Source: Octopus sinensis (lineage: Eukaryota). From it: 64,000 nucleotides of DNA. The stretch's first letter is position 1. The number at the start of each line of letters is the position of its first letter. Positions 47,950 to 60,900 of the stretch are shown here, piece by piece. The notes beneath the pieces were generated by a model that was not told the DNA's origin, did not search any database, and saw only the letters and a list, made by a program, of their open reading frames with translations. A program made the translations under genes and the position numbers. The stretch is from assembly GCF_006345805.1 (NCBI RefSeq), contig NC_043016.1:9610001-9674000 (forward strand), given 5' to 3'.

Positions 47950-50090
47950 TGTACTAGTTGAATGCATGCCTTTTGCTCTCGTAAGTTTTTGCTTTTAATT
48001 TTTGTTTCCAAAAGTTTATTTTGTTACAAAACATTAGTCAAAACCACCACCTTTGCATTGGTTTGGTTGGTTTCATTGTTTGTGCCCCTTTGCTGGCCCA
48101 GATCTAAAAAGAAAATATATTTTGAAAAGACAAACATGGCAAAGCCAGCTTCGATAGTGAGGTACGAGACATGGTAATGCCCTCCACCTTCTACACGCAA
48201 ATGGAAGGGAAGGCTAGCACCCACCAAGTTCAAAGTTCAGTGGATAACAAAACCTCTATGGCAACAAAGAACAGCTGCATCAGTCATGTCACAGCTCAGG
48301 AATTTAATTTCAATTTTGAGTTCCCTTCAATTAATGAGACTCTACCAAAGTTGTGAATCAGTGGCAGGTCGACAAGCACAGCCACAACCTACTCCACCAC
48401 AACAACGAAAATTATGATAGAGGGAAAACAAAAACAGTAGCCTCAACAACTTAAATGCAACAATATTTCCATCGTGGATGACAACAACAATACATTTACA
48501 GCAGTCATCATCATCATTGTTCGGCCGTGGTCGAGACAATGGAATTTACCATGCTACGCCAGACTTCAAGGTCCATCATAGCATTACAGAGGTCCTGTTG
48601 CTGGATGCCTGTATCCCTGGAGATAACATCAGGGTAGGAGAGTGTGCACCCTCTGGTATCACGAACAGATGGCTTCCAGAGGAGAAGAGTGGAAATTACC
48701 TCGTTTTCAGCTCTACAACAATGTCCAGCAAACTGGACTCTTCTACCTTTCACAAGAGATGACACAGGTGGTAGTTTCCCATATATTTGTACTTTGGTTG
48801 GATGACGCTTCCACGAGAGATTTTGAGCTCTCATAAGGAGGTGAGTGTAAGTTCCATCCAACCGCCTCTCAAGCTTCTTTGATAACGTCCAGGTTTCTGA
48901 GCCATATAGTAGAATTGGTTTGACTGTGGCTTTGAAGATTTTAAGTTTGAAGTCTCTACTTAGATTTGATGACCAGATCTTATGCATATCATTATCAGTA
49001 GTTATGAACAGCATGGCAGAAGGATATATGTCTGATCCAAGCAGCCAAATTGTTAAAGCTGGATAAAGTGCAGGCTGATGTTGCCATCCCTCTCTGCCCA
49101 GTTTGTTGGCAGAAACACAAAAAAGAAAGGTTATTTATGAATGTATTTCTATAAACATGATACAACCGGAGATGGCTAGTCAGGCAGATGTGGAAGGTGA
49201 GCTAAAGGGGATAATGCTTGACATTCAGCTTATCTTGAGGGCGAGAGTTTGCAGTCATTCCAGGTCCGAAACTCTGACCACCTAAGATTCCATGGTTCCC
49301 TGTTGGACCAGCAATTAAATGTGCTCCTCCCATCATATTTAGGAAGCGGGATGATGCAGATAAAGATCTCAGGAATTCCATTTTATCATGTATCATTTTG
49401 GAAAGAGGAATAGCCTCTTGTAGGGGTAGTGGATCCATTGTGAAAGTTGGCCTGGGGTCAGTGTGGAGCTGCTACTCTACATTGAACCAGACACAATCCA
49501 TCAGATCCAAAACCTCATTTCCCTTCCAGAAGTGGAAGAGCTATATGTAACAGTTTAGGGTAGAAATTCACAGTGCCACCTATGTGGGGAGGCAGGCTAC
49601 TTGGGGGTTTTCCACCCCCAACAGACGACTGGACTATGGAACTTACCTACTACCAATTCCAGGTCCCAAAAAGCCACAACCACCAAACCAACAGTGGTCA
49701 ACAGATGATGGAAGATCATTGATACCAACAATGACGACCACCTTCAGCAGCAAAAAGAATAACAGACACACACAACAGCCCATGGCTCTCCCATTCTCTC
49801 TCAAAGACCAGGAAGAAAAAACAAAACATCATGTCTCATACCAAAAAAAGCATAGAAAAACAGCCTCAGCATCCCCAACCCCTCTAGCACCACAGTCAAC
49901 ACATCCACCACCACTGCAACAAGTCACCTCCAACCAACAACACACATGCTAGTGAGAAAGACCAACAAAGAATTGATGGGCCTCAGAGCATGAATTGAAG
50001 GCCATCAAGAAAAAGGGCATGATCTTTCACATCAGCACTTTTGATGTGTCAGAAACACTGATAATGGTGGGAATATCTCTAGAAACCTAA
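47950..50090 (+). pseudogene. Degraded L1/Tx1 ORF1 with zinc-knuckle remnant, copy 2 (interrupted by RTE)
   Basis: Near 49.5 kb IHQIQNLISLPEVEELYVTV*GRNSQCHLCGEAGYL resembles the L.V.VEGR...C..CG..GH knuckle of Tx1 ORF1. Confidence 0.6.
48505..49014 (-). mobile_element. RTE-clade LINE 3' fragment
   Basis: KLKIFKATVKPILLYGSETWTL..RRVQFAGHC..W; (TGA)n tail. Confidence 0.85.
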
Positions 50091-50132
50091 AAATATTAGG
50101 GAGAGCTTCCCTCACAACATGGGTATCCTTAA

Positions 50133-51910
50133 TCCTTTCGTTACTATATTTCTGACCAAAATACACCCCTCATAAGTTTCAATCAAATTCTAAAATAATC
50201 ATGAATTTAGACTAGTTTCATTAAACAACTGTAACTTTTTTACTGATCAACATATTAATGTGATATTTAGAACATAATTAAAGAAAGGGTTCTTAATCAA
50301 GTAAATTGCATAACTTTTGTCTCAAAATGACTTTAATTACAGGTAAATCCAGGTAAACTGAGCAAAAGGTAAAAATATAAAAATTTTGTTTAAACATCAC
50401 CATAGAAAATGAATCGTCAGCTAATATTCAGTTGGGTATGCAACAAAATTTTGATATAGAAGAATTGTGCACATCACTAGATTATCAGCTGAATTTAATG
50501 AACAAAAGAACAGGTGTACCATAAAGATGAAATACTGGAATCCACCGCAAGTTTGACCAAACTAAAAAAATTGGTCAAAAAATAATATGTAGTTTGTCTG
50601 TCAATGTGACGAAGACCATCTATTCATCCTGAGGTGAGGCCAATCTGCGCCCGAAAGTCTTTGACAGTGTGGACAGGGAATGGTAGTGCCTGCTACAGAG
50701 TTGTTAGCATTGTTCTTCCTGTCTTCTGCAACAGTGATCCTTTTGGTCTCACATGTGTTGGCACCCTAGTGGACTGCTGATCGCCACCCTTCTCTGACCA
50801 GAGCAGACTACTCCCAAGTGTCATGGTCGATGTTGAAGGCTTTCAGTGTGGCCGCCTTGTGAGTGCTTTCCCTTTTGCAGCTCGCCAAAGAGCAATCTTT
50901 TTGGTAATCGATCATCTGACATGCCCTGCCCAGCGAAGCTGAGACTGCATCAAGATGGTATGGATGATGGGCAGGTTAGCACGTATTAGTACCTTGGTAT
51001 CTGGGATCCTGTCCTGCCACTTTATGCCAAGGTATAATGTATGAAAGTGATTCAGCTTCCTGGCATGATGCTGGTAGACCATCCAGGACTCGCAGCGTTG
51101 TGAGAACAACAGCCCTGTACACCTTGATCTTTGTCCTGATGGTGATCCCCCTCCTGTCCCAGATAGTCTTGCGTAGCCTGCCAAAGGCAGTGCTTGCCTT
51201 GGCAGGTCTGGCGTTCATTCCCTAGGCCATGCTGACTAACATTATTTTCCCTGTATAAAAACTAAATCCACAGCAGTACCCAGTATTTGCTTCACAAATT
51301 TTCCAAACTTTGATCCCCCATTTCGTGGGCTTTCCTGGCATATACTGTTTGTTTACATTCTTCGTAACAGTTTGTTTCCGCAGTGATCGCTTCAAACAAG
51401 TATACTGAAAAAAATAAAAGTCTAATGGTTTTGCTTCCTAAGAAAGACTATAGATAAACTCTATCTCCCCAGAAAAATTGCTAATAAAAACATTTTTAAA
51501 GTTTTTACTTCATTCCAATGTAAAATCGCCTTTGCTGTCACTATCGCCACTTTCAGTTTCTTCAGAATCGCTGCTTTCAGTTTCAAATACAGAAATATCC
51601 TATTCATTCTCATATACCATGTGCTTTTGTACCTCATTCATTCTTTTTCTCGATATCTCCGTAGTTTCTGTTAAAAAACTTTAAATTCGGAATCACTGCT
51701 TGATAGCATGAAACTCCTATCCATTTTCAAAATCAGCACCAAAAAAATTGTGGAAAAAAAATCTCCCAAAATTTACTGAGTTCAGATATGTCAAACTAAT
51801 GAGATTTGTGCTTAAATTCACATTTAAATAACAATGTGTACTCTTGGCCGGGTTGGTCTTATGAACCAAAAATTTTTCAGTCAGCTATGGCCGGGTTAGT
51901 ATTAAAAGGG
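50133..51910 (-). mobile_element. Internally deleted piggyBac element carrying an RTE fragment (about 50600-51225)
   Basis: TTAA ends with CCCTTT..TACT-like TIRs; acidic SSSDSEF..ETESSDSEETESGDSD N-terminal remnant at 51.5-51.7 kb; RTE piece ASTAFGRLRKTIWDRRGITIRTKIKVYRAVVLTTL. Confidence 0.65.
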
Positions 51911-51914
51911 TTAA

Positions 51915-54830
51915 CCCATTCGTGCCGAAATTTTTCTAGTGAATGAAATTGCCTGAAAATTCACAGATACTATTATTTTGACCTAAATAATGACTGAAAA
52001 AAAATTTCGTTGAAATCCGTTGGATATTTCCTGAAATAATCACTGTCAGTTATAATGGACATTTATGCACTGCGTATATGAATCTTTAATAAGCTTATTA
52101 ACTTTGCAATTTACTTATTTAGAGGATAATTAAAGTATTATATCTGACATACTCTATGGAGAGCTTGCTTGTGGGAAGACCGTTCTTACTATACAAGGAT
52201 GTTTGCAAAAGGGACATGAAGGCCTGTGACATCAATAGTAGCAATTGGGAAGCAGTTGCCAGCAACCATGGAGATTGGCGACATACCGTAAAAGAGGGAA
52301 TACAAAGGAGTGACAGAGATAGAGAGGAGAAATGGAAAGACAAGAAAAGACGTCAACAAGAAACTATGACATAACAAGCCAAGCAAAGTCTTCGCTACAT
52401 TTGCAGCACCTGCCAGGAGTGTTTGTCAAGGATAGGACTACACAGCAACAGCAGATTTATTAGGACATGAAATGTAAAAACCAGACTAGATTATTTTATG
52501 CGCAACTCCATTGTCTCCCGAGGCAAAAAGGATCCCAACCATATGACCATAACTTTATTATGAAAATAATTCCAGTTCACATAAGTAAGTTATCATTGAA
52601 AACTGAAAATTTATTTAATAAAATACATCCTTTTGAAATGAAACTATACAGCTTTACTGAACATGATACTTCTTGAAACATTTGGAATGAACTCCTACAT
52701 CACATTTTTCACATATGAATTGACTTTTCCCAGAGCACTCTTTGCGTCTCCTTTCATTTGGAATATATTCAGTCCAATGCCCAACACCATTATATCTTGC
52801 ATTGTCTTTCAAATGATCAGCTGTGTGTTTTCTTTGAAACTTTGGGGTGCCAAACTTTTTCAATAGAAATTTTTTTTGATGAAATTGTATAATGTAATTT
52901 TGTGCCTTGCCCTATTCATCAAGATGCCTGCATTTTGGGTTGCCACAGACACAAAATATGAAAAAAGAGGCCACCACCATTTATTTTGCTGCATTCGAAT
53001 CCTATAGGAACCGATGTTATGATTCAGAAGATCAACAAATCCCATATATTTGTTGTATTTTTGAATGCTTTCAGGCTGTAGAATTGGAACCTATTTCTTT
53101 TGAGGCCTATCATAGCACTCAAGTGGACATTTTATAGGTTTAAGTTTGATAGTAGAATGACATCATTATCTTTTCATTTCACAACAACTATATTTGAAGT
53201 CAGCTGTTCCTCTGGGGCATGCTTTCAATATCAGTTTTTTTTTTGTTTTGAAAGAACATCTAGCTGCCCTATTTTCTCAGCAAGTTCCCCATGCACATAT
53301 TCCTTTCTCAAAAAGTTTCTCCATCCATTGAATACTTGTGAAATAGTTATCAAAAAATATTTTGAGACCCTTAATGTTCCCATCCATTGAATACCTGTGA
53401 AATAGTTATCAAAAAATATTTTGAGACCCTTAATGTTCTCATCCATTATTTTGAGACCCTTAATGTTCCCATCCATTATTTTGAGACCCTTAATGTTCCC
53501 ATCCATTGAATACCTGTGAAATAGTTATCAAAAAATATTTTGAGACCCTTAATGTTCTCATCCATTATTTTGAGACCCTTAATGTTCCCATCCATTGAAT
53601 ACTTGTGAAATAGTTATCAAAAAATATTTTGAGACCCTTAATGTTCTCATCCATTATTTTGAGACCCTTAATGTTCCCATCCATTGAATACCTGTGAAAT
53701 AGTTATCAAAAAATATTTTGAGACCCTTAATGTTCTCATCCATTATTTTGAGACCCTTAATGTTCCCATCCATTGAATACTTGTGAAATAGTTATCAAAA
53801 AATATTTTGAGACCCTTAATGTTCTCATCCATTATTTTGAGACCCTTAATGTTCCCATCCATTGAATACCTGTGAAATAGTTATCAAAAAATATTTTGAG
53901 ACCCTTAATGTTTTCATCCATTATTTTGAGACCCTTAATGTTCCCATCCATTATTTTGAGACCCTTAATGTTCCCATCCATTGAATACCTGTGAAATAGT
54001 TATCAAAAAATATTTTGAGACCCTTAATGTTCTCATCCATTATTTTGAGACCCTTAATGTTCCCATCCATTGAATACTTGTGAAATAGTTATCAAAAAAC
54101 ATTTTGAGACCCTTAATGTTCTCATCCATTATTTTGAGACCCTTAATGTTCCCATCCATTATTTTGAGACCCTTAATGTTCCCATCCATTGAATACCTGT
54201 GAAATAGTTATCAAAAAATATTTTAAGACCCTTAATGTTCTCATCCATTATTTTGAGACCCTTATGTTTCCCATCCATTGAATACTTGTGAAATAGTTAT
54301 CAAAAAACATTTTGAGATCCTTAATGTTCTCATCCATTTTTTGAGACCCTTAATGTTCCCATCCATTATTTTGAGACCCTTAATGTTCCCATCCATTGAA
54401 TACCTGTGAAATAGTTATCAAAAAATATTTTGAGACCCTTAATGTTCTCATCCATTATTTTGAGACCCTTAATGTTCCCATCCATTGAATACTTGTGAAA
54501 TAGTTATCAAAAAATATTTTGAGACCTTAATGTTCTCATCCATTATTTTGAGACCCTTAATGTTCCCATCCATTGAATACCTGTGAAATAGTTATCAAAA
54601 AATATTTTGAGACCCTTAATGTTCTCATCCATTATTTTGAGACCCTTAATGTTCCCATCCATTGAATACTTGTGAAATAGTTATCAAAAAATATTTTGAG
54701 ACCCTTAATGCCTGGTTCACCTACAACATCAGTGAGATCTAGGACAATGTTCTCACCTTGGCCAAATGCATTTTCAGTTCTATTGGGACTGTCTTTTTTG
54801 CCAGTGTAGAGGTCAAAAGCATGCTGAGAA
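51915..54830 (-). mobile_element. piggyBac (PGBD-like) transposase remnant with 3' terminus
   Basis: Begins at TTAA|CCCATTCG; FDLYTGK..GENIVLDL..KIFFDNYFTS, YNKYMGFVDLL, KWWWPLF, and Cys-rich C-terminus RRKECSGKSQFICEKCDVGVHSKCFKKYH; an RTE 3' fragment sits at about 52150-52460. Confidence 0.85.
53321..54710. repeat. Higher-order minisatellite (59-bp and 30-bp units) inside the piggyBac ORF
   Basis: 15 copies of the long unit interleaved with 30-bp ttttgagacccttaatgttc(c/t)catccatta units. Confidence 0.95.
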
Positions 54831-55204
54831 CAAATAAACATACACAAACACATATACACTCACTCAAATATATAAATATATTTTACAAGTACCGATAGCT
54901 TCCTTAAGATCATGCATTTTTATTCAGGTTTATCATTTCATTATTTCATTCTCCCACTTACAAGTGCAGAAGACGATGCTCTTGTCTAAAGTTGCTGTTT
55001 CACAGGACACCCACCCTCCCACTCCCTCCACCAAAACCAAAAGTTACTACCTTTGTTTTACTTGTGTACCCCACTCCCACGAACACTCCCACCCACACCC
55101 CTATGTAGGGTTTATTTGATCATATAGCGCAAAAACTGTGTAGTGTATGCAGGTTGTAGTCTAGTGTTTCCGTATGAAATCTGCCAAATGCAAGCTTTCT
55201 TTTC

Positions 55205-55625
55205 AGGTACATGACACTGCTGTCCCTCATCCCAGGGTCTCACAGGCCCACACCTCCCACACCCTCAGAGTTGGCACATTGAAAGGTAGGTCTGGAGAGA
55301 TCGTTGAGCTGCTTGAATGGAGACGTGTGGATTTTGTGCTCATCCAAGAAGTAAGGTGGAGAGGAAGTTCCGCCAGGTTCCTCACAGGTACAAGATTTTC
55401 TGGGCAGGGAACACTGACGGGGTCAGGGATGTGGGTATACTTCTTGTGGAGAAATGGGTTGATAAAGTAATCGAGGTAGTCAGAGTATGTGACAGAGTAC
55501 TTAAGATTAGATTAGTGCTTCACCATAGGTCAGCTACCATTATCTCGGGGTATGCCCCTCAACTGGGGCTACCGGAAGGACAGAAAGACCGATTCTATGA
55601 CACCCTATTGCAGACTACCTCGTTG
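55205..55625 (+). mobile_element. RTE-type APE endonuclease fragment
   Basis: LRVGTL..GRSGEIVELL..RRVD....QEVRWRG; YKIFWAG..VGILL; TIISGYAPQ. Confidence 0.85.
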
Positions 55626-56077
55626 AAGTGCGTCAGGATGTAGAAAAATCTACTTCAACAACTTCTGTCTGACCCATGCAAACCTATTAAAGCAGACATT
55701 ATAATGATGAGTGATGTTTTTTCTCTAAAATTGAAACTGCAACCATCATCCACTGTATGTATATTTATTAAGGTGAGTGAGATGCACACCTGGTTTATTA
55801 TAGCACTTTTCTGGTTATTGCTTTCGCGTGAGTATATATAAGTGACCAGCGTTATACATTAATGAATCTACTATTGATGAAAGAAAAAATTTCCACTAAA
55901 CATTTGAATTTAGATGTTTACCAATTATTGAAATCTCATCAGTAAAAACGAAGCATTTCCATAACTTTCCCAAGCATTAAGTAAATCACTTTCCATTATT
56001 GTTAATGTCTCTTCTATCTCCCTCGGTCACATTGCCCAGAGTGTATGAATACATTAAAGAATAGCAAAGACTACCTA

Positions 56078-56586
56078 CCGTAAATCTTTGAGTATAATAT
56101 GTAGGGGATTTTTAGGGGGCTGTACCTCTGAAAAACCTAAACCTTGTATATAATATGCACCCCTTCTCTAACTTGAGTCATGTGTAGTTAAGCTAGCAGC
56201 ACCTAGTTGAATAAACACTTCCATGCATGCGTAATACAATTATGGTGATGTTCTTAACTGTTATATGGGAATGTAAATATGTTTGCAAATTGTTTTTTTT
56301 TTTACGTGTTATTCTGTGTTCTGAATACTTTTATTTTAATAAATGTTGCTTACTGCAAATTATGGATGATTCTTTTATGACTTCATTGCTTTCAGGCTCA
56401 GCTTAAGGTATTTTCGCGCCCAACATCACAAAATGCATCTGAATAAAAATTGCCGGACAGCAAATAGAGACTCGGACATTGCTTAGAAAATATTTTTAAT
56501 TTTTAACCTCGTATATAGTACGCACTAGGGATTTTGACATTTAAATTTTTGGGAAAAAAATGCAGATTATACTCGAGGATTTATGG
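56078..56586. mobile_element. pogo/Tc1-type MITE
   Basis: TA|CCGTAAATCTTTGAGTATAAT ... ATTATACTCGAGGATTTATGG|TA; 18/21 TIR match, TA TSD. Confidence 0.8.
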
Positions 56587-56751
56587 TAACCATATGGGAT
56601 ACAAGGCAACATCACTAGCATTGGTGCTACTGTAAATTCTTTGTGAATGGAGACTTGGTGTCAAGACAAGACATTAGTCTTGACAAGGAGATAGTTGCAA
56701 CCTCTCAAATTCTGGGGCCATGATAAAATGTATACAGTGCATTCTGTAAAG

Positions 56752-57770
56752 CAATGATTCTCAAAACGGGGCCCAAAACTTTTGAGGTGTGTTATAAGGT
56801 CACCTTCCATATGGCGCTTGCACTCAGTGTTCACATCGTTCAGATGTGACCTTATTTACTTTTGGCAGTCGTTACAGCTTGCCAGAGCAAATACCTCAGG
56901 CTGTTGATCAATACATTTACACATGCTCATCTGGGTTTAAAGGCAAGTGATTAAATGTTAACTGTTGAATATTTTGCAAGCTTATTAAAACTGGAAATGT
57001 TTTGATATCATGACCTTCTGTGCAGTCTTACATTGTCTGCTCCTTGTATTGACCATTTGAATTTGAAAGAAGCAATTTTACTGCATCATATGGAAGTTTT
57101 TTGGAACATATATGGCGAAATCAATCAATAATGATATTTTATTGACTTTCAAATATTTCCATTGAATAGTTTTTTGCCTGGATTTAGTTCCTGAGTAGTA
57201 ACAGGCACTATATTTAAAAGTTATCAGAATTCAATTTTTGGTCTCTGTATCTATGTTTCCTGTTCTCAATGTAACAGTGATATCTTTTCTCACGAAGTTC
57301 TCATTTTTGTTGTTATCAACTTCCTACCATGACTTCAGGAAGCTCAAATAAAAGGCCATTTACATGCAATAAGTGTTTTTACTATTTGGTTTTTTGCTCT
57401 CAAAGTGATGATTCAGATAAGCCTCAATGTGTTGAATGTGGGTTGATAATGACAAATGATTCCACGAAGAAGTCCAAGCACCATAAACATCAGCAAGTGC
57501 AGCATCCTGGTTCCATAGCCAAAAAGTGTAGTTATTTTTTAGAAGACCAAGCCCCAACCACTTCACTTGTTTATGAAAAGAGCAAATGAGGAAACCAAAA
57601 ATATATTTAAAGTGAGCTGCTTGATGAGCCAGTTGATTGTGAAAGCAGGTGAGCTACACACAACTGGCAAAAGTTTGATGAAACCAGCTATGGTTATCTG
57701 TGCAAGTGAACTTCTTGGCCAAAACGCTGCAGCGCAGACAAGATAAGATGGTGGAAAATCTTAGATCTGG
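56752..57770 (+). mobile_element. hAT (Charlie/Buster, ZBED5-like) 5' remnant
   Basis: Terminus CAATGATTCTCAAA; BED finger PQCVECGLIMTNDSTKKSKHHKH..QHP and KAGELHTTGKSLMKPA (compare KPHTIGE.LIKPA). Confidence 0.7.
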
Positions 57771-57900
57771 CTAGCATAGACACCTGATTAGTAGGTTGTC
57801 AGGTGGCTGGCTGGTTACCTGAAGTTGGTGTTGCAGATCAATAGGTTATTTGCATCACAGAATTCCAGTAGCCTCGTTTCCTCTTCATTTGGCCTCTTTG
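57745..57900 (-). mobile_element. RTE APE fragment
   Basis: RPNEEETRLLEFCDANNLLICNTNFR..SHLTTY. Confidence 0.7.
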
Positions 57901-60900
57901 CAAAGATTTAAGAATTACAAGTTATGATATATATTGTGTCTGCATGGATGATGGTGCACCAACACCAATCACTCCCTGAGTGTAGTGGGTGCTTTTTACC
58001 TGCCAGTCAGGCGGCACTGGCAGTGACCACATTCCCCCCTCCCCCCGACTGGCTCCCATGCCGGTGAGATGGGAGTTTTCACAATATCAGAAATGAATTA
58101 CATCTGATATATTTGCAGTTATTCTATCCAGCTGTAGAAACTCTGCCAGATCAAGATTGGAGCCTGGTGCAGCCGTCTGGTTCGCCAGCCCTCAGTCAAA
58201 ATCGTCCAACCCATGCTAGCATGGAAAGCACACGTTATGTAATATATGAGTGTGGGGGAACACAATGGGAGTATAGTGAAGATAACATGGAGTAGTACTT
58301 TAACTCCAGTTTCTTCATTAAGGGCTAATACTTCTGACATTGAAAATTAGGCATAAGATCAACCCTTTTAATTTATTTTCAAATCTTTAAATATACTTCC
58401 ACTTTCAAATCTTTAAATATACTTCCTAATTATGATATATATAGCCTCGAAGATAAACTTAAAATATCAGTATTCTTTTCCAGAAACGAAATAAGGTTAA
58501 AAAAAACAAATGTTGTTAGAAAACTTTACTTTCTAAATTTCGTTTTTGGATTTGGTTTACAAGATTCTTTATATGAGTTCGTTGTGTCTGGGGGAGAGTG
58601 ATTTTCTTTATGGGCCTTATAATTTAACACACTCACCAGAAAAATTTCCACTTATTTCTTATTTTTATTTTCCAAAAATTTTCGTTGCGACTTGCAACCT
58701 TTTCAAAATATAAGCTTTAAAACAGTTTTTTTTTTTAAATATAGGTTATCGTAACCTAATTATGATTACCTCCCTTGCAATGTATACTGATATATTAATC
58801 GTGTTGTCACTTAAGTATTTTAAGTTAATAAACGAATCTTAAAAAATAGGTAGACAAAAATAATATTACTGGAAAATTTTAGTAAAAAAACTGACTTAAT
58901 ATGGACTTTTCTTTTGATTCTTTATTTGGTTTAAGATCCTATTAAATTTCTTCCAACTATTTGGAGTATTTCAAATTCTCGCCATTTTTTTTTTTTCAAA
59001 TTTTCTACACTGACTTTAACTTAAGATAAAGATGTCACATTTTTATTATTAATTTCCTGAAAAAAAAAAAAAGAATGAATGTGATTTTCATCATCAGCAT
59101 ACAAAACTATGTCTTTAAAAATAATCTGGTGAAAATTTGAAATTCTTCAAGTATTTGGAAGAATTTAACAATATACCCATTTTACTCTTTTATTCTTCTA
59201 CTTGTTTCAGTCATTTGACTGCAGCCATGCTGGAGCACTGTCTTTAGTCGAGCAAATCGACCCCAGAACTTATTCTTTTTAAGCCTAGTACTTATTCTAT
59301 CATTCTCTTTTGCCAAATTGCTAAGTTACGGGGACGTAAACACATCACCATCAGTTGTCAAGTGATGTTGAGGGGACAAACACAGACACAGAAACACACA
59401 TACATATATACATACATACTGAAAGAAGCCCGTCGAGTATATATATACATATATATACGATGGGCTTCTTTCAGTTTCCGTCTACCAAATCCACTCACAA
59501 GGCTATGGTCGGCCCGAGGCTATAGTAGAAGACAATTGCCCAAGGTGCCACGCAGTGGGACTGAACCCGGAACCATGTTTTATATACGATATCAAGATAA
59601 TATGCAATTTTTTTAAAATATATGTATAATATCATCATCATTTTAATGTCCACTTTTCTATAGTGGCACAGGTTGGACAGAGATTACTGAGGTGGCTTAT
59701 CTATGGCTGGATGCCCTTCCTGATGCCAACCACTCCAAGAGTGTAGGGGGTGCCTTTTACATGCTGCCAGTTAGGCGGCACTGGCAGTGACCACATTCCA
59801 CTTCCCACCCCAACAGACTCCCATGCCAGTGAGACGGGAGTTTTCACAATATCAGAAATAAATGACATTCAATTACAACTGAGATATTTGTAGTTACTCT
59901 ATTCAGCTAACAATTTCAGGTTTATACCTGTAATTATCGGGCCCCTAGGATATGTAATACGTTGCCTAAATACCAATTTTGTGAAATTAGGCTTCTCAAA
60001 ACCAGAAAAGAGAAAGCTAATTCAAAGACTACTGATCCAATCCATTACTGGAACTTTAAAAGTCTGTAAAACTTTCCAGAAGTTTATCATTTAAATATAT
60101 ATGAGCATATCTAGACATGCAACTATATGCATGAGAATACATACATACACACATACATACATACCCTGTTGTTGATGTTGAAATTCCAATGAAGGAATCT
60201 TGGATCTAGGTTAGTAACCAGCTCTTTCTCTATTGGTAAGAAATCTTGAAATAAATTGAATAATCACACACACACACACACACATACATATATACATAAA
60301 TGGAAACAAAAATACCCTATTGTTCATGTTGAAATTCCAATGAAGGAGCCTTGGATCTAGGTTAGAAACCAGTGCTTTCTCTATTGGCAAGAAATCATGA
60401 AATAAAACTGAATAATGACATACATAAATGTTGAATGATGAAAATGAGTGCTCAACATTTAAACATTAAAACAACTGATGCAAAAATCAGTCAGCATCGA
60501 TTCATCGATGTCAAACAGGCAGCACCAAAACAGCTGTAACAAAAACATCTCATACCCTTCATCATCATCATCATCATCATCGTTTAACGTCCGTTTTCCA
60601 TGCTAGCATGGGTTGGACGGTTTTGACTGAGGGCTGGCAACCAGATGGCTGCACCTTTTTTTCATATCCAGAAAAAAAGCCATTTGACTTACTGCTGTTA
60701 AGTTACTCACACACACTCATTCATCTGGCCCACAGATGTGCTCCCGCATCTCTTTTTCTGCAATGATGTCTTCTTCTCCTTGGAGATGGCTGAACTCCTG
60801 CCACTGACCCTCTCATTTTGCATACTCTCATTCCACTTGCTGCAATTACCCACTTACCCAATTCCTAAACTTATTTCTATACTTACTCCTTCCCCTCAAG

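Noticed and set aside
53321-54710. CRISPR-like regular array
   Set aside because: No unique spacers, eukaryotic context, and the units derive from the surrounding transposase.
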